Below, piece after piece: positions 22,583 to 36,642 of a stretch of DNA of 64,000 nucleotides. Origin of the DNA: Caecitellus pseudoparvulus (Eukaryota; Protista; Bigyra: Bicosoecida); contig CBFFRQ010000039.1 of assembly GCA_965644315.1 (NCBI GenBank), positions 1 through 64,000 on the forward strand. Reading direction: 5' to 3'. The position numbers and the translations under genes were made by a program. Every line of letters starts with the position of its first letter. Position 1 is the stretch's first letter. The notes beneath the pieces are model-generated. The model had not been told where the DNA came from. It searched no databases and saw only the letters and a program-made list of their open reading frames with translations.

Positions 22583-22927
22583 CGTGAGCCGGCGTGGGAA
22601 CCGTGAGAGGCGCCTGCAGAGCTACGCAGTAGATGTAGGAGACCAGTGGGGTTGTGCAGGAGATCGGTGCACGTCGGGGTTTTTGTTTATGGTGCTCATT
22701 ATGGTTGTGCTGCGCAGAAGAATGCTGATGAGGTGACTGCCTTTTTCGATCTGCACGCGTCGCCGCAGGTCTGCAAAGACAACAGTCACAGCCACGCCAT
22801 TGAAGACGGAAATGACACACGGATACTCCTCAACAATTCACCCATCCCCATTGCAAGCTCAGCTGTGCATTGCACGTCAGCACTCGAGACACGTGCATTG
22901 CAGGTCACTCCTTTGCACGGCTCAGAA

Positions 22928-24701
22928 TCAGCTGCCCTTGCGCTCAGCCTGGAACTTCTTCACGAGCTTGGCTTGCACGTCAGGCATGACAAAGTCGTGA
23001 CGAGAGTACTCCATGCTGAACTCGCCCTTGCCCTGGGTGGAGGAGCGGAGGTCAGTGGAGAAACCGAACATGTTCGCCAGCGGCACGTCAGCCTGCACCA
23101 CGACGCTCAAGTCAGAGGCATCCTGGCCCACCAAGTTGCCCTTGCGCTTGTTCAGCAGCCCGATGGCTGTGCCCTGGAATTCAGTTGGCACCTCCACTTC
23201 CACGCTCATGATCGGCTCCTTCAGCTGCGCAGAGCCGGCTTCAAACGCTTGGCGCACCGCACCACGCGTGGCCAGCTTGAACGCCATCTCGGAGGAATCC
23301 ACAGGGTGGTCCGCGCCATCCGTGAGGGTGAACTTGACCCCTTCGATGGGGTGCCCCGTCAGGAAGCCTTCCTTCATGGCCTCCTCAAAGCCCTTCTTGC
23401 AGGCAGGCAAGTACTCGGGCGGGACGTTGTTGCCCACCAGCCCGTTGACGAACTTGCACGTCTCGCCCTCGTCGTAGTCAGCGTCTTCCATGGGCTCCAT
23501 GTGCCCAATGACACGGGCGAACTGCCCTGCGCCGCCACTCTGTTTCTTGTGCAGGTAGTTGAAGTCCACGCGGCCTGTGAGCGTTTCGCGGTAGTTGACG
23601 CGTGGCTCCCCGGTCACAACGTCCACCTTGTACTCGCGCTTCATACGCTCCACGTAAATGTCCAAGTGCAGCTCGCCCATACCGCTGATGACGGTTTCGC
23701 CGCTCTCCGGGTCCACACGCACGCGGAAGGTGGGGTCTTCGCGCTGGAAACGGTTCAGCGCCTTGCCGAAGTTGGAGGCGGCAGAGGGCGAGGCGGGCTT
23801 GACCGAGTACGAAATGACGGGCTCAGGCACGTGCATGCTGGTCATGCCGTACTGCACAGTGCCATCTGTGAACGTTTCGCCAGATGCGCACTCAACGCCA
23901 AAGGTGGCGACGATTTCACCCGCGCCCACAGAGTCCACGTCTTGCATCTCGTTGGAGTGCATGCGAACGAGGCGTGGTACCTTGATCTTCTGGTTCTTCG
24001 TCACATTCACGATGTTGCCGCCCTTCTTCATGGTGCCCTGGTAAATGCGGAAGTATGTCAGCTGCCCGAACCGGCTCTCCTCCAACTTGAACGCCAGCGC
24101 GACAAGGGGCAAGTCAGGGTCTGGCTTGAGGGGCACCTCTTCCTCGTCATTTGCCCGGTCCAGCGCGACGTGTGCCACCTCGTCTGGCGACGGCAGGTAC
24201 CGCACGACGGCGTCCAGCAGTGGCTGCACGCCGCGGTTTTTGAAGGCGGAACCCATGAGCACAGGCACGAACTGCAGGGAGATGACTCCACGGCGAATGG
24301 CGGCGTGGATGAGCTCAGTGGAAGGCTCCTCGTCCATGAGCAGGCAGTCCCCCACCTCCTCGTCCACGTCGGCCAGCACCTCAATCAACGTAGCGCGTGC
24401 CGCCTCCATAGCGTCAACCATGCCTGCCGGCACTGGCGCCACCTCCACCTCCTCGCCCTTGGCGCCCTTGAAGAAGTACGCCTGCTTCTCGATGATGTCC
24501 ACCACGCCCTCATGGTCCCCCTCCAGCCCGATGGGCAGCTGCACTGCCGCTGCGTTCAGCCTCAACTTGCTCCGCAGATCCTGTGCAAGCCGAAAAGGGT
24601 GCGTGCCGGCACTGCGAAGGCAAGTTACAACGCCTTGCTGTGCAGAGGGGGTGCTCTCACGCACCGAGATGACCTTCGTGGGGTTGGACCCTTGGCGGTC
24701 C

Positions 24702-24732
<31 letters not shown>

Positions 24733-25469
24733 TGTAGCGTTTCATCTGCCGGTCCACCGTGATGCTCTGCGACTGCACGCCCGACACGCCGCACAGCACC
24801 AGAACAGCGCCGTCCAGGACACGCAAGGCACGTTCCACCTCCACAGTGAAGTCCACGTGGCCTGTGGCGGCGGCAGCGGCGTGAGTCAAGGGAGTTGGGG
24901 AGCGGCGGCAGTCAATTTCCGCAGGCTCACCAGGAGTATCGATGATGTTGACGTGGTTGTCGCCCCAGGTGCAGTAGGTGGCTGCAGACTGGATGGTGAT
25001 GCCCTTCTCGCGCTCCAGCTCCATGCTGTCCATCTTGGCTCCAACTGCACGTGCAGGGGGCGCCGCAGCAGTGTTCGCCCGCGTGCGTATCTCGCGAGCA
25101 TCCAGCGCCGCCCCTCGAACAAGTCACAGCACGCAGGCAACGCAACGCACCGCCGTCCTTCCCTCGCACATCGTGAATGTTGTCAATGCGCCCCGTGTAG
25201 AACAGGATGCGCTCTGTCAGCGTCGTCTTGCCGGAGTCAATGTGCGCTGAGATGCCGATGTTGCGGAGTTTGCGAATGCCTTCTGGCACAGCAGAGCACG
25301 CCCTGACTGGCGCGGTGGCGGGGCAGCCCAGGACACCCTTGGGTGCTGCAGGGCTGGCTGCACTCCACCCTGCACCCGAAGCCACGAGGCATGGCGCGAA
25401 GCGCACAGTGGATGCCCGGGTAAGGGCTGCTGCGGCAGAGGCAGCTCGCCGGCTGGCTGCCACAAGCAT
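22928..25469 (-). CDS. GFM1: Mitochondrial elongation factor G1; introns 25045-25150, 24862-24930, 24581-24664
   Basis: [62 protein letters not shown] and [15 protein letters not shown] motifs. Arg/Ala-rich presequence. Confidence 0.95.
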
Positions 25470-25875
25470 GCTGAGTTGTTGTGCACTGCTGGGGGCGAGT
25501 GACAGTGCGACCTGGAAGCCCCAGGACGGCTGGCTGGAGTGGCGGGGAGTGGAGTGAGGGCGGTGGAAAGTGCTGTGTGCGCCAGGCCCACTTGCTGCCG
25601 CGGGGGCTGCTTGCCTTGCCTGCCGGCAATGCTTGCTCGCAGACTCCCTTTACACAGCCCTGGTGAGCCGGGAGGGCGTCGTGGCCAGCATCTGTGACAC
25701 TGCAGAGACAACCGCACAAATCCCATTGTGCAATGACACGTCCTCGCTCGCACCCAGTGCAGCATGCCCTATGCATGCCTCCATGCTGCGCAGTTTGTGC
25801 AGCGTGTGACGAGGTGCAATTTCCGCAGTCCCGCGAGATCCGCCTTTGTCAGTCAGCTCCCGCCAAGCGCGTCCA

Positions 25876-27026
25876 ATGGCGGACTCTTCCCCAGTGCAAC
25901 TGTCAGGACCCCTGACACACCGATTAGTGCGGTGGTCCACTGCCACACGTGCGTGTCGCTGCAGCGAACGTGCCCCTGATGCGGGCAGCAGCAGCAATCC
26001 TCCGCACGTCTTATCTGCTCCCTGCACAGTGGCGCTGGCCACGCTGCTCCTGCAAGGCTTCCCCACCATGGCAGCCTTGATCACTGCTCGATGGGCGTTC
26101 TTGTCGTATTCCGTGCGTTGCACCGTCGCTCTGGTCCCTATCACAGCCGCAGGGCTGCTCACACCCGTGGTGTGGCACCCCCCCCCCCCTGCAGAAGGCT
26201 GGCGTGCACACACAGGCCTTTTTCGGCGTGTGGGAGGCCTGCTTCAGCGAAGGCTCCGACATGCAGTGCTCGGCCATCGTGGAGGGCTACTCAGATGCCG
26301 ACTCTGAGCTGGTGCTGACCAGCACCATGTGGAGCAGCATCCAGGCCACTCGCTGCACACTCATCATCAGCACAGCGCTGTGAGTGCCGCGGCGGCTGCA
26401 GCGCCTGCACAAGCCACATGCACCCACTCTTCCTGGCAATGCTGCGCAGCTTCATCGCGCAGTTCGGCCTGCTGTGTGTGGCAGCGCTGGTTGCGTTTCG
26501 GGTCGGAACGTTGCCCAGCAGGCAGCTGTACCAAGGAGCACTGCTGTGTGCTCTCGCGAGCTGTGCGTGCGCCTGACAAGCACTGCATGCCCTGCCACAC
26601 CTGTACACGCACCACCTCCTTCACGACACAGTTCTCCTGGCTTTGGCCAGCACTTTGGTGATGCACTCTGTGACTCGGCAGGCAAACGCAGCACTGGCCT
26701 CCACAGTCGGCCACTCCTACCACGGCGAGTTGTACACGACAGACTTTGGGGCCGCTTGCTCTGCTCTCGCGTCAGCTGTCGCCGGGCTGCTCACAGTGGC
26801 ACTCGGTACGCTTCGCTGGTGCTACCCAGCTCTCACACCGGGCCAAGCAGCACAGGCAGGGCGTGCCGGATACGCGGCTCTCTTGCCCAGCAGCCAAGAC
26901 ACTTCACACACGGCAAGCACACCCGTCAGCTCGACGGAGGGACGGACGTATGGGAGCCTGGCAGCCAGTGCAGGGCAGGATTCCCGGCCAAAGCAGCACA
27001 GTGCAGTGCTGACGGGCGGCGTGTAG
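25876..27026 (+). CDS. Claudin/PMP22-like tetraspan membrane protein, 4 introns (not seen as a single ORF)
   Basis: Spliced: TM1 LALATLLLQGFPTMAALITARW, loop FFGVWEACFSEGSDMQC (W..GLW..C..C signature), TM2 IQATRCTLIISTALFIAQFGLLCVAAL, TM3 GALLCALASFLLALASTLVM, TM4 FGAACSALASAVAGLLTVAL. All junctions are GT-AG and phase-compatible. Confidence 0.65.
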
Positions 27027-27063
27027 GACTGCCTCTGTGCATTGCGGCAAGCGGCTGCGCCGC

Positions 27064-28879
27064 TCACTGTGTTTTCTTCGTCTCAGGCTTGAGCTGTCCC
27101 CGGGACACCTTGGGCCACAGCCCCAGTGCAGGCAGCCCGAAGGCCAGGACCGTGAGTCCCAGTGCCGCCACGTGCAGGGCATAGTGCAAGGAGCCCCACA
27201 TGGCGATGGAGAGGTCCCACCGCACCAGCTCGAAGGGCAGGGCGGTGTAGTCCAGGGTGATGTTCGTCACCAGCACACACAGGGCGGTGTACGCGTACGC
27301 GAACACTTCCCGGCCCTTGCGTGGCTGCACAGCCTTCTTGGAGGGCACTCCCTTGGCGTCGGCGTACAGCAGCGGGTTCACGATGGTGATGAGCTGCTTC
27401 TCCAGCACAGCAAAGAGCGGCGCAGACATGAAGGTGAGGTAGTACCCGGGGTAGAAGCCGTGCCAGAAGGCGCTGGCGAAGTACACTGAGAACAGGTTGA
27501 TGTTGGCCACCCGCGGGATGCGCTTGTACACGTAGTGCTCCAGCCAGTGCTGCGTGCGCATGTTCCAGGCCCGTGTGGCGGGGCCGAAGGAAGAGGCGAA
27601 CTGGAAGCCAGTCACAGACACCTGCTTCACGCCGTGCCAGGTGTCCACAGCCTTGCCGGAGGCAGGGTCCACCTTGCTGCCGTAGCCCATGCCAGCCCAC
27701 ACGGCAGAGCCCTCTGACAGCTTCCAAATGAAGTAGTACTTGAACTGGGAGCCAAAGACGCAGCCAGCCCACAGCATGGGCAGGCGGCTCGTGAGGATGC
27801 CGTACCACGATGAGTCAGCCATGGCCTCAGGCGTGGAGCTGAGGGACAGGTGCACGTGGGGGAGGGCGACGAGGTACCCAGCCATGTACACCAGCGCCAG
27901 CGCCAGCTTGGAGGCGCCGTTCAGGAGGCGTGAGGTGGGGGGGCTGTCGCGACCAGGGCCGTAGGCGGAGCCGTCCATTGCCTGCAGGAAGTACTTCATC
28001 TCGAACGCCGGCCCGACGAAGTAGGCGGTGAAGTTGAAGATGTAGGAGAAGAACTCGATGGGGTTGGGCGTGCCCTCCAGTGCCGGCGCCAGCTGTGACT
28101 TGGCAAAGGCCGCCTTGCGCCGCACGGACACCGGCGCGTCCTTTACCTTGCCTGCGTCCACAGCCGCCTGCAGCTTGGGCCGCGCCACCATGCCATCGTA
28201 GTAGTTCCAGCCAAACTCGATGAGCTTGATGGTGAGGACCATCTGGGGCCCCGTCCAGTCTGCTGCCGACCCGCCGTTGTCCACGAACTGGCGGTACAGG
28301 TGGCCGCCAGTCATGTACAGCATGGACCAGGCGAAGACCAGCCAGGGCACGACGTGCTTGATGCCGGGCGTGGCGGAGCCTGCCACCACCAGGATGTACA
28401 CGACGAGGGACGAGAGGAAGGAGTGAATCCACTGCACGCCATACACCCACTGAGCCAGGTAGATGCCCAGCACCGAGCCAACGATGTGCTTCAGCCACGC
28501 GTGGCGCCCGGGAATGCTGGAGAAGAGCAGGGCCATAGGGTACGCGCCAAAGACTGCTGCCAAGTACCGGGCAGTCTGCAGGTCATTCAGTCCGGCCGCC
28601 TCGTTCAGCCCTGACGCCGCAGTCTGCAAAGGCAGGAGCATTGCAGAAGTGCGGAATACGAAACCAGCCAGCGCAAGCGGACTCATGCACGCCCAAGCCA
28701 CGCCACTTCCTGCGACCCCGGCGTGCCTTGAGTGTCGTGGGCAACAAACACACCTCGAAAGCATCCGTCACAAAGGGAACATGGGGCGCGAACATGGTCT
28801 TCTCAACCAGCGGCTGGTATGACAGCACCAGGTCCAGGCCCTGCTGGGCCAAGCCCTGCATGTCCACTGCTCCCGCCAT
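27064..28879 (-). CDS. MBOAT lysophospholipid acyltransferase (Ale1/LPCAT-type), 1 intron
   Basis: DWTGPQMVLTIKL, FFSYIFNF..VGPAFE, KYYFIWKLSEG, WNMRTQHWLEHYVYKR and SAFWHGFYPGYYLTF (catalytic His). Confidence 0.92.
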
Positions 28880-29531
28880 GGCGCTGGGGAGAGCGACACA
28901 GCGACAAGGATGGAAAACCCAGAAGGATAAGGGGAGCTTTCTTGCGAGGTGTATGAAAGTGCATGCAGCTCGTGGCTGCCAGCTTCAGGTCCACGTTGCC
29001 GAGTCCGTGGCTGAGCGGCACACGAGGAGTCAACGAACCCACGATCTCCGAGCACCCCTGGAACTTATTCAGTGGCTGGGCACTCGGCACCCCTCAGAAT
29101 CGCTGCAGGACGCATGCTACCCTCACAGCTTCCTGCAGCGATTCAGCTGCGCATGCGCTTGGCGCACGGCCCGCGCAAGCAGAGCTGTCCAGCTCCACTG
29201 TGCAAAGAGCACCCTCAACCTCAATGCACATTGTCAATGCACAGCTGGCGCCCTGGTGCCCTGCGACGCTGGGCCAATGGGCGGACAGGGTGCCAGCAGT
29301 CAGCGCAAACGCACAAGCGAAGCGCAGGACTGCCCAAAGTTCGTGAGCTGCACAAACGGTGCAGATACTGTGGTGGCACAATCAAACTTATTACTTGCCA
29401 ATACTGGGCGCAGGTCGACGAGCTCAACTTCTGCGTGGTGGCGAACTTCGTCTGGCGAGAGCTGACCAGGGCCAGACGCTACCCACGTCTCATCAGCACA
29501 GCCAGCACACTGTGCAGGCAGTGAACGCGCC

Positions 29532-31502
29532 ATGGCCAGCGCAAGCCCTGAAAGCAAAGGTGCAAGTTACGACGGTATGCTCACTCGTGAGCTCATCGCG
29601 CGGTCTTGGGATGTGCTGAAGGAGGGGAAACCTGGGGCTGGCCCTGAGTCGCTTGCAACCATGCCCAGCCCTGCTTCCCCCCGCCCTTCCCCGCGGAGTG
29701 GGGACGCAGACCACGCCTTGCACCACCGGTCAGGGAAGTCAGATGCGGAGCATGTGGAGTGTGCTGATTCGTACATCTCCTGGGTCCTCCCCCGCGCCGA
29801 CGGCGGTGCCTCTCTGCACAGCCATTGGCGACTGGCGCTGTACTTTGCATACGCCGCTCCCGACGAAGCAGCGGCGAGTGAGCACTGGGAGAAAGCCGCC
29901 GCATGTCTATCCCAGTCAGCACGGGAGGCGCTGCAGGCCGGACCAGCGTCTGTCCCTGACGCTGTGAGCCTGGAGGCGGCGAGGGAGGCGTTGGGGGACA
30001 GCCCCACTGCTGCACTTCTGCTGTGGGCCCAGTGGGCAGAGTTCAAGTACACAGTGCAGGGGCAGGCAGAGGAGGCACACACAATGCTACGGCAAGTGTT
30101 AGAGTGGGACCCGAAGCATGCAGCCGCCTTGGGCTGCCTGGCGCTGGTGTGCCACCGAGCTGCACGGGACGTGGGGGAGGCAAGCAGGTACGCACAAGCC
30201 CCCGCCGCAGGAAGGCCGCGTGCTCACTAGCCCACGCTTGCGCTCACCGATCCGAACACAGGCTGTATTCGTTGCACTCCTCGGCGTTTCCTGGCCATGC
30301 GAGCATCTTGACGAAGCATGCCAACTTCTTGAAAGTCACCGGAAGCGGCAGTCTGCCTGAAGTGCGCAAGCTGTATGACCGAGCCCTTGCGGCGTCCCCC
30401 GCCAACCCAGACACTCTGGGAGCCTTGGCAGTGTTGCTTCACGGCTCTGCATCGCAAGCAGGTGCGTTCTCTTGGCGTGCTGTGCCCGTTGTCGATGGAG
30501 AACCCGCGTCTCCCTGTGCCTCCTCCAGATTCAGACGCTGATCGAACCAAACAGCTGGATGAAGCAGAAGCAGCCTACCAGGCAGCCTTGGAGAGTTGTT
30601 CGTGGCACACGAACAACCTGGGGAACTACGGGCTGTTCCTGAGTGACGTACGCGGCGACAATGCTGCAGCCGAAGCGCTGTACCAGCGTGCCATTGAGAC
30701 AGACAGCCGCCACGCCAATACGTTGTACAACTACGGCGTGCTTTGTGACACAAAACTTGGACACAAAGATCAAGCGTCGATCCTGTACATTCGAGCTCTC
30801 GAGTGCCGCCCACGCCACCCTTTTGCGCACTACAACCTTGCAGTGCTGCTGGAGGAGTCCCAGGGCGACTTCATCTCTGCGCGCAAGCATTACGCCGCAG
30901 CCACAGAGTGCGAGCCAGGGGACGTGTCCATCGCTACAGACTTTGCGACGTTTCTATGGCGCAAGGCGGGGGACGTGCCCTGCGCCAGCAAGGCTTTTGC
31001 ACGAGCGCTGCACACGCAAGCCAGGCAGCTGCACTGCCGCAGTATCGACATCCCCCCCCATCCGCTGACGTTTGAAGCAGATGCAGAGCCTGCGTATCCC
31101 CTCCCAGTGTCTGCAGCGTCAGGGTCAGTGGAGCGCGACCAGTCTGCATCCACAGAGGCGCAAACTGCCCGCGAGCAAGAGTCATCTGCCCAGGCCCTGG
31201 CATTCATGCAAGATTACCGCGGCCACGCCCAGAAGTGTGCGCAGCACGTTTGTGACGCGCTGCACACGCCTCTCCCAGATGCAGCCGAGCTCCCTCGCAC
31301 GCTGGGGCAGGGCAGCAAGGATTCAGTGCCGGCACACCTGTTGGTGGAGGCGGACGCCGTCCAACCCGCCGCCATGCGCTTGGTGCGGCGCTGGATTGTA
31401 TTTCAGGCGCAAACTAGTGCTGCACATGGTGGCAGCAGCGGCGGACGCCACGTTGTTGTGAAGAAGCGCTCCAAGTCACCCTCGCGGACTGGAGGCCCCT
31501 GA
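29532..31502 (+). CDS. TPR-repeat protein, 2 introns
   Basis: Repeats LGNYGLFLSDVRGDNAAAEALYQRAIE, LYNYGVLCD..LYIRALE, HYNLAVLLEE and VRKLYDRALAASPANPDTL. Three ORF pieces are joined by GTACGC and GTGCGT introns. Confidence 0.85.
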
Positions 31503-34156
31503 GTTGCGGAACATGTGCAGCACAGTGCGCTGTGACCTTGGCGTTAGGGTTTTGGCGCCATTGGGCTTGATACGCGCCTTTTCGTCAATGTGCAGACTCT
31601 GTGGACCAGCCACCTTTGATGTTCCCTTGCCTGCTCGGCGATCTTGTCGCTGGCCAGGAGACATGACGCTGACCCCTTCTGCAAGGGGAAAGGTTTCAGG
31701 CGAGACGTCAGGCACGGCCCGCAAGTCCTGCCTTACGCGCTCTTGGCTGCCAGGACGTGACCATGGCCGACCTGGCCTGCTCTTGCCCTTGCGAGGGCTC
31801 CGTCTCTTGTGCTGGGACTGTTCTAGCTGGCCCCAGTCTCGCAAGCTTCCGAAGGATTGAAGTGTGCCTTGGGTTCGTGCCTTTTTGGAGCTTCCTGGGC
31901 TCTGTACGCGACTCCATGCTGCAGCTGGGACCTCCACGATTACCTCAGGTCTTGCTGTGCTAGCTTCCTCGCCGTCAACTCCCGGATCTCTCTTGCCAGC
32001 TTCTCGCTTCTCGGCCGACGGTAGAGCTGCACCCAGCGCGTCCATGGATGCCATGGCCTGCAGAGCCACCGAGTGCGTGACCAAGTCTGCATGGCCAGCT
32101 GCTTCAAGGGCTTTCTTTTTCCGTTCCAGATCACCGTGGGTGACTTGCCCGCCGCTTGTCAGGGGAACCTCCAGCACACGGCGAATTTCTTCTCGCGAGG
32201 GCCCAGTCAGATTTGATTCGCGGTGCAGCGTCTCAAATGCCCGAATCCCGTCCATGGCTTCACTTTCTGCAGCACCAGCACTGAACAGGGAGCCTGACGC
32301 AGTGTACCGCACCACCGGCACGCCTTGCAGCGTACTCCGAGAGTTCCTTGCACCTGCGCGGGATGCTGATTCTGACCCTGGGAGCAAGGCTGCTGCCGTT
32401 TCATCTAGCCCGTGAACGCTGGACCTTGCCAGTGCTTGGCTGTCCAGTGCAGAGCCTGCTGGCTGGCTCAAGCTCGCGAGCATGGCTGCCGCTGGGCTCG
32501 TTAGGGCTTGGGTTTTGCGCGCAATTTCAGCCTTGAGGGTGTGTGAGGCGTTCAGGCCTGGTGGGCGGGCTGCCAGCGTGTCCTCAAGCGCCAGCGTCGA
32601 GTACTTGTGCACCAAGCTGGGCTCATCGGTATCGGGGCGGAACGGCGCGCCGTGTAGTCCCTGCTGACTCCAAGCGCCTGCCATGATGAACTCGCCTGTC
32701 AGATCCTTTGGGTGTGCTGGTTCAAGGCGAGCCAAGTTTCGACTCTGCATCACACACTGGGCCAGGTGTGCGACCTTCCGTCGTCGATGCATGCTGTCCC
32801 GGACTTTGCCGGCTGCTGCCCATTGTCCGCCTGCCTGATCATGACGAGCGTGGCTCGTCAGCGGCCGAGCGCCCTCTGTATGGGTCGGGGTTTTCCGGGC
32901 CAGCACCGCCGTTGACACTCGACCTGGAAGCAGGGAGTGCCCCTGAACCCGAGTGAATCCAAGACCCCCTCCACCAGCGGTGGTGAGGAAGCCAGGTAGA
33001 GCAGCATGGCCTCGGGGCTTCAAGAAGCCCTTTAGCTGTGGTACCTCCAGGAAGGCCTTCCCTGCTGAGCTGCGTGTGTCAGTTGGGGATTCGAATCCAG
33101 AATCAAGTGGTTCACGCACTTCATCAATCCCTTCGCTCTGCCTTGCTAGAGAGGCATCCCCGTCGGCGAGGTCCTGCTCATGCTCGGTGGTTGGTGTGGA
33201 AGGCGACTCGTTGAGCGACCGGCGTGTTTCGTCAAACAGCCCTGAGCGGGAAGCGCGGCCCAGGTTTGTCCGAGCAGTAGCAACGAGTCCGGCGTTTCCC
33301 AGTGAACCGCCGCAAGAGTGACCCAGCATGTAGCTAGATGTCGGGGAGTGCTCTGTCGACGCCCTGCTGGCAGTCTCCGCGCGGGACGCAGCAAGCAGTG
33401 CCGACCGCCCACGGGACCTTCCTCGCGGTCCAAGTGAGACATCAGTCATAGCTCGCAGCATGTCTAGCCTTTGTTGGTCCTCATTCCATGTTTGGAGCGC
33501 CGCATCGGCGTGTGCTGCGCCGCCCCAGCGCCTGGCCTGCTTTGCCGCTGTCACGCTGCGCCGTGTGCTGGCCTTGGCATGTGGCAAGGCGTCCGAGAGG
33601 CTGCTGAGGCGAGTGTGGGAAGGCTGAGAAGCTGCCATGTGTCTTCGTTGTACAGCTTCAGTCAAAAACCTGGTGGCATGTCCGTTTTTTCGCCCAAAAG
33701 CCCTGATTCCCTGGGCGCTGCGCACGGCACTGGCGTGCCTGGCTTCGAATGATGCAGGGTCTTTCATGCGGTTTCGCCGCGCAGCTTCGACGACGGAGAA
33801 CTCAACAGCCAACTGAGGGGCACATTGGACGGGTTGCTCTCCCCTTGGTGCTGTGGGGGCGGATTCCAGCGCCACCATGGACTGGGCTGTGACTTGAGCG
33901 CCCTGCGTTGAGGGAGCGAAGGACAGGTGGAGCAGAGTGAAAGCCTCTGCTGAGCCTGACTTGGACACACCTTGGTTGCTACAGGGGCATCATATTGACG
34001 CGCTTCATTGCGTATGGTGTGCGCATTCGCCTGCGCAAAAGGCCCACGTTTGCATGCGGAAATCGTCAGCTCATCGTGCATCTGGAGTCGCACCGTCATG
34101 AAGTCTGGCGCATCTGCCGACGACAGCAAGTGTGGGGCTGAAACTCCGTGTTTCAT
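31476..34156 (-). CDS. Hypothetical low-complexity/disordered protein; intron 33903-33970; start uncertain
   Basis: An 830-aa ORF joins in frame to the upstream ORF via a GTGTGT..CGCAG intron. No recognisable domain. Confidence 0.55.
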
Positions 34157-34584
34157 CGTATTCCAGGCTGCCTGCGCCCTGAGGACAAGGCGACCAGGCG
34201 TTCTTCGGATCGATCGGGGTAGCCCTTGGAGATTTTTGTACAGCGCGGTACTTGGCTTGTCACCAGCGCCTACCTGCGCGATGGGGGGACCCAATTGTTG
34301 AAATCACGAAAGTGAAATCGGTGACACTAAGCACAGGGTGGGTGGGCGATTTGTTCAAGCCAATTGAGATTTGGAAGGTGCATTCTCAGCCATCAATCCG
34401 AAGGCAGGGCAGCCGGGGCACGGAGCACATTGCACCCCGCAGGCTCAAAAGGCAGGTCCCAGTGGAGTATCATCCTGGTTCCCCTCTGAGGTCTGACTCA
34501 GCAGGGCAGGGCAGATGCTTGCCAGGGCGCGCGTGGCAAGCAGCAACGCCGCCAGCAGGTCACAGGCAGCGTCACCCCTGAACC

Positions 34585-36634
34585 ATGTCACAACAGTCAG
34601 GGGGTGCCAGGGATGACAGCGTGGCATTCACTACAGACGAAATTCGGCTTCCGTTGCCAAAGGTTTTCCAGCCCCAGGTGCGCGGCATGGGGCTGGCATG
34701 TCCTCTGTGCGCTGTGCGATGCAAGTCACTCAGTTTCCGCACCACGCAGCCCCGACTCCCAGGGGAGCCTCGCAAGCATGGCGATGCCCTACTGGACGAC
34801 ATCGAAGTTTTCCTCGCTTCTGAAGGCCCAAGGTGAGATGCAGCTGCACAAATTCCAGCCAATGGCTGGTGCGGAACAGCGGCTGCATGCTTGAGGGCCC
34901 TCCCTGCGCAGCTGTGACGACGTTGCGATCAAAATGCCGGACAGCTTGACCCTGGACGATCTCCGTCTTCCAGAGGATTGGTTCAAGAAGAAGCTCGCAC
35001 GCCCTGTGACTGCAGCTGGCCGCCTGAAACGGCAGCAGCTGGCAGCGAGCAGCAGGAGGGATGCATTTGCGCGCCGAACGTACACTTCGAGCGGCCGCCC
35101 AAAGCGCAGCGAGAGGCAGGGTGATTCAGCTACTTTGGCGCGCAGCATGAGATCGACTGCTTCCCATCCACCATCAGTAGACTTGCCCGGGGCTGACAGC
35201 GTGGATGCGTCGGAGGCAGATGCGCTGGGAGGAGGGGACAGTCTCGTCTTGAACGCTCGTTCAGGGCTCCACCTGCCCCAAGAGCCTTCACTTCTTCTTG
35301 GTTCCACTGCCAGTGAGCGATTGGCTGGTGCTTTAGCCTCACGCTCGGCAAGCCAGCCAATGCCAGCCCAGGCCGCGCGTGGCAGTCCGGTCAATTTCGC
35401 AACCAGCAGTTTGGCATTCACAGGGGAAGGTGGCATGCAGCTGACGGGCCTGAGCGGAATGTTTGGAGTTGCCAGCATGCCCGACTTGACCGACCACGAC
35501 CCCCGTGGTAGCGGTGGCGCACAAGCCTCCGCTGAAGGCGACAGCTGGGCGGGAGCCATCACCGCAGCAAATCGATCGAGGACCTTGCGCTCAATCTTCA
35601 AGGAAGATGAATACAAGGAGCCTGATCATGCGCATGGAGCTTCCCTCCCCCTTGGCGTGGCTCCAAGAGACCCCTTCATGGGTGCCGGGACAGCTGCCGG
35701 CTACGGCATCGGGCACGAGGTGCGCCTGGCGGAGCGCGGCGACGCTGCCTATGGCGCGGCGCTCGCACGTCGGAAAGCTGCAGGTGAGACAGTATACATG
35801 TATGAGGAGGACGCAGTGGCGCTTGAATCGAAAGGGTGGGACCCTGCGGAGATCGGGAAGGCGCGCCGGTCTGAGCAGTTCCTGCAAACTGGCGCGGGGT
35901 TGAAAGCGTATGCATTCAAGGGGCGGGGAACGAAGAAAGCCCCACCCGGGTCCACAACATTGCCTGGCGTGGATGCTCATTTGGAGTCTTCACAGGCTTC
36001 GATAGTGGCTCCGAGCTTGCGGGCGACAGGCGGGTCCGGCGCACAGCGGCAAGCCGCAACAAGCCTGCGGGGAGCAGTCCAGGCGCAGCTGGCAGCGACA
36101 CCCTTGGCCGTGGATCCCCGCTCACAAGGTTTCATGCCTCATGAGAGCATTCTCCGCAGTGCTCCCAACGCCCAGCGGCGGAAGAAGGCAGCCAGTGCTC
36201 GAGCCCGTGTATTCGGCAGCTCTGCAGCGAGTCCCAGGCAGCCGTTGCAGCGAGGAAGGCAAACCAGGAAGTCAGGCAAGGCTGTGAACCCCCAAGAGCC
36301 TCGCGCTGTCAAGGCGTACGATGCAGGCGGGGCAAGGGGGCTGGGCAGCGGCCTCGGGAAGGGTGCCGTGCACGTGCCCTACAAACTTCGGGGGAGCACA
36401 GGTGCTGACGGCAGCCTTTTCACAGCGGAAGCTATGGGGGCCATGATCGCTGCCTTCGAAGACGGCCGGGAAATCCAGCGCCTGAGGGCGGAGTTGGAGG
36501 AGGCCCGCGCCAGCATGGAGTCCAGTTCGCGGGTGTTGCAGACCCGGGCACGGGACTGGTACGCAGAGCACAACAGCGAAGTCACTCGCTTGGCCAGCGG
36601 CAGCCTGCTGCAGCCCAGCAAACTGCGCAAGTGA
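34585..36634 (+). CDS. Hypothetical protein with C-terminal coiled coil, 2 introns
   Basis: Exons MSQQ..FQPQ|PRLP..EGPS|CDDVAIKMPDSL.. have canonical splice sites. C terminus AFEDGREIQRLRAELEEARASMESSS. Confidence 0.65.
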
Positions 36635-36642
36635 GCCCGCCG

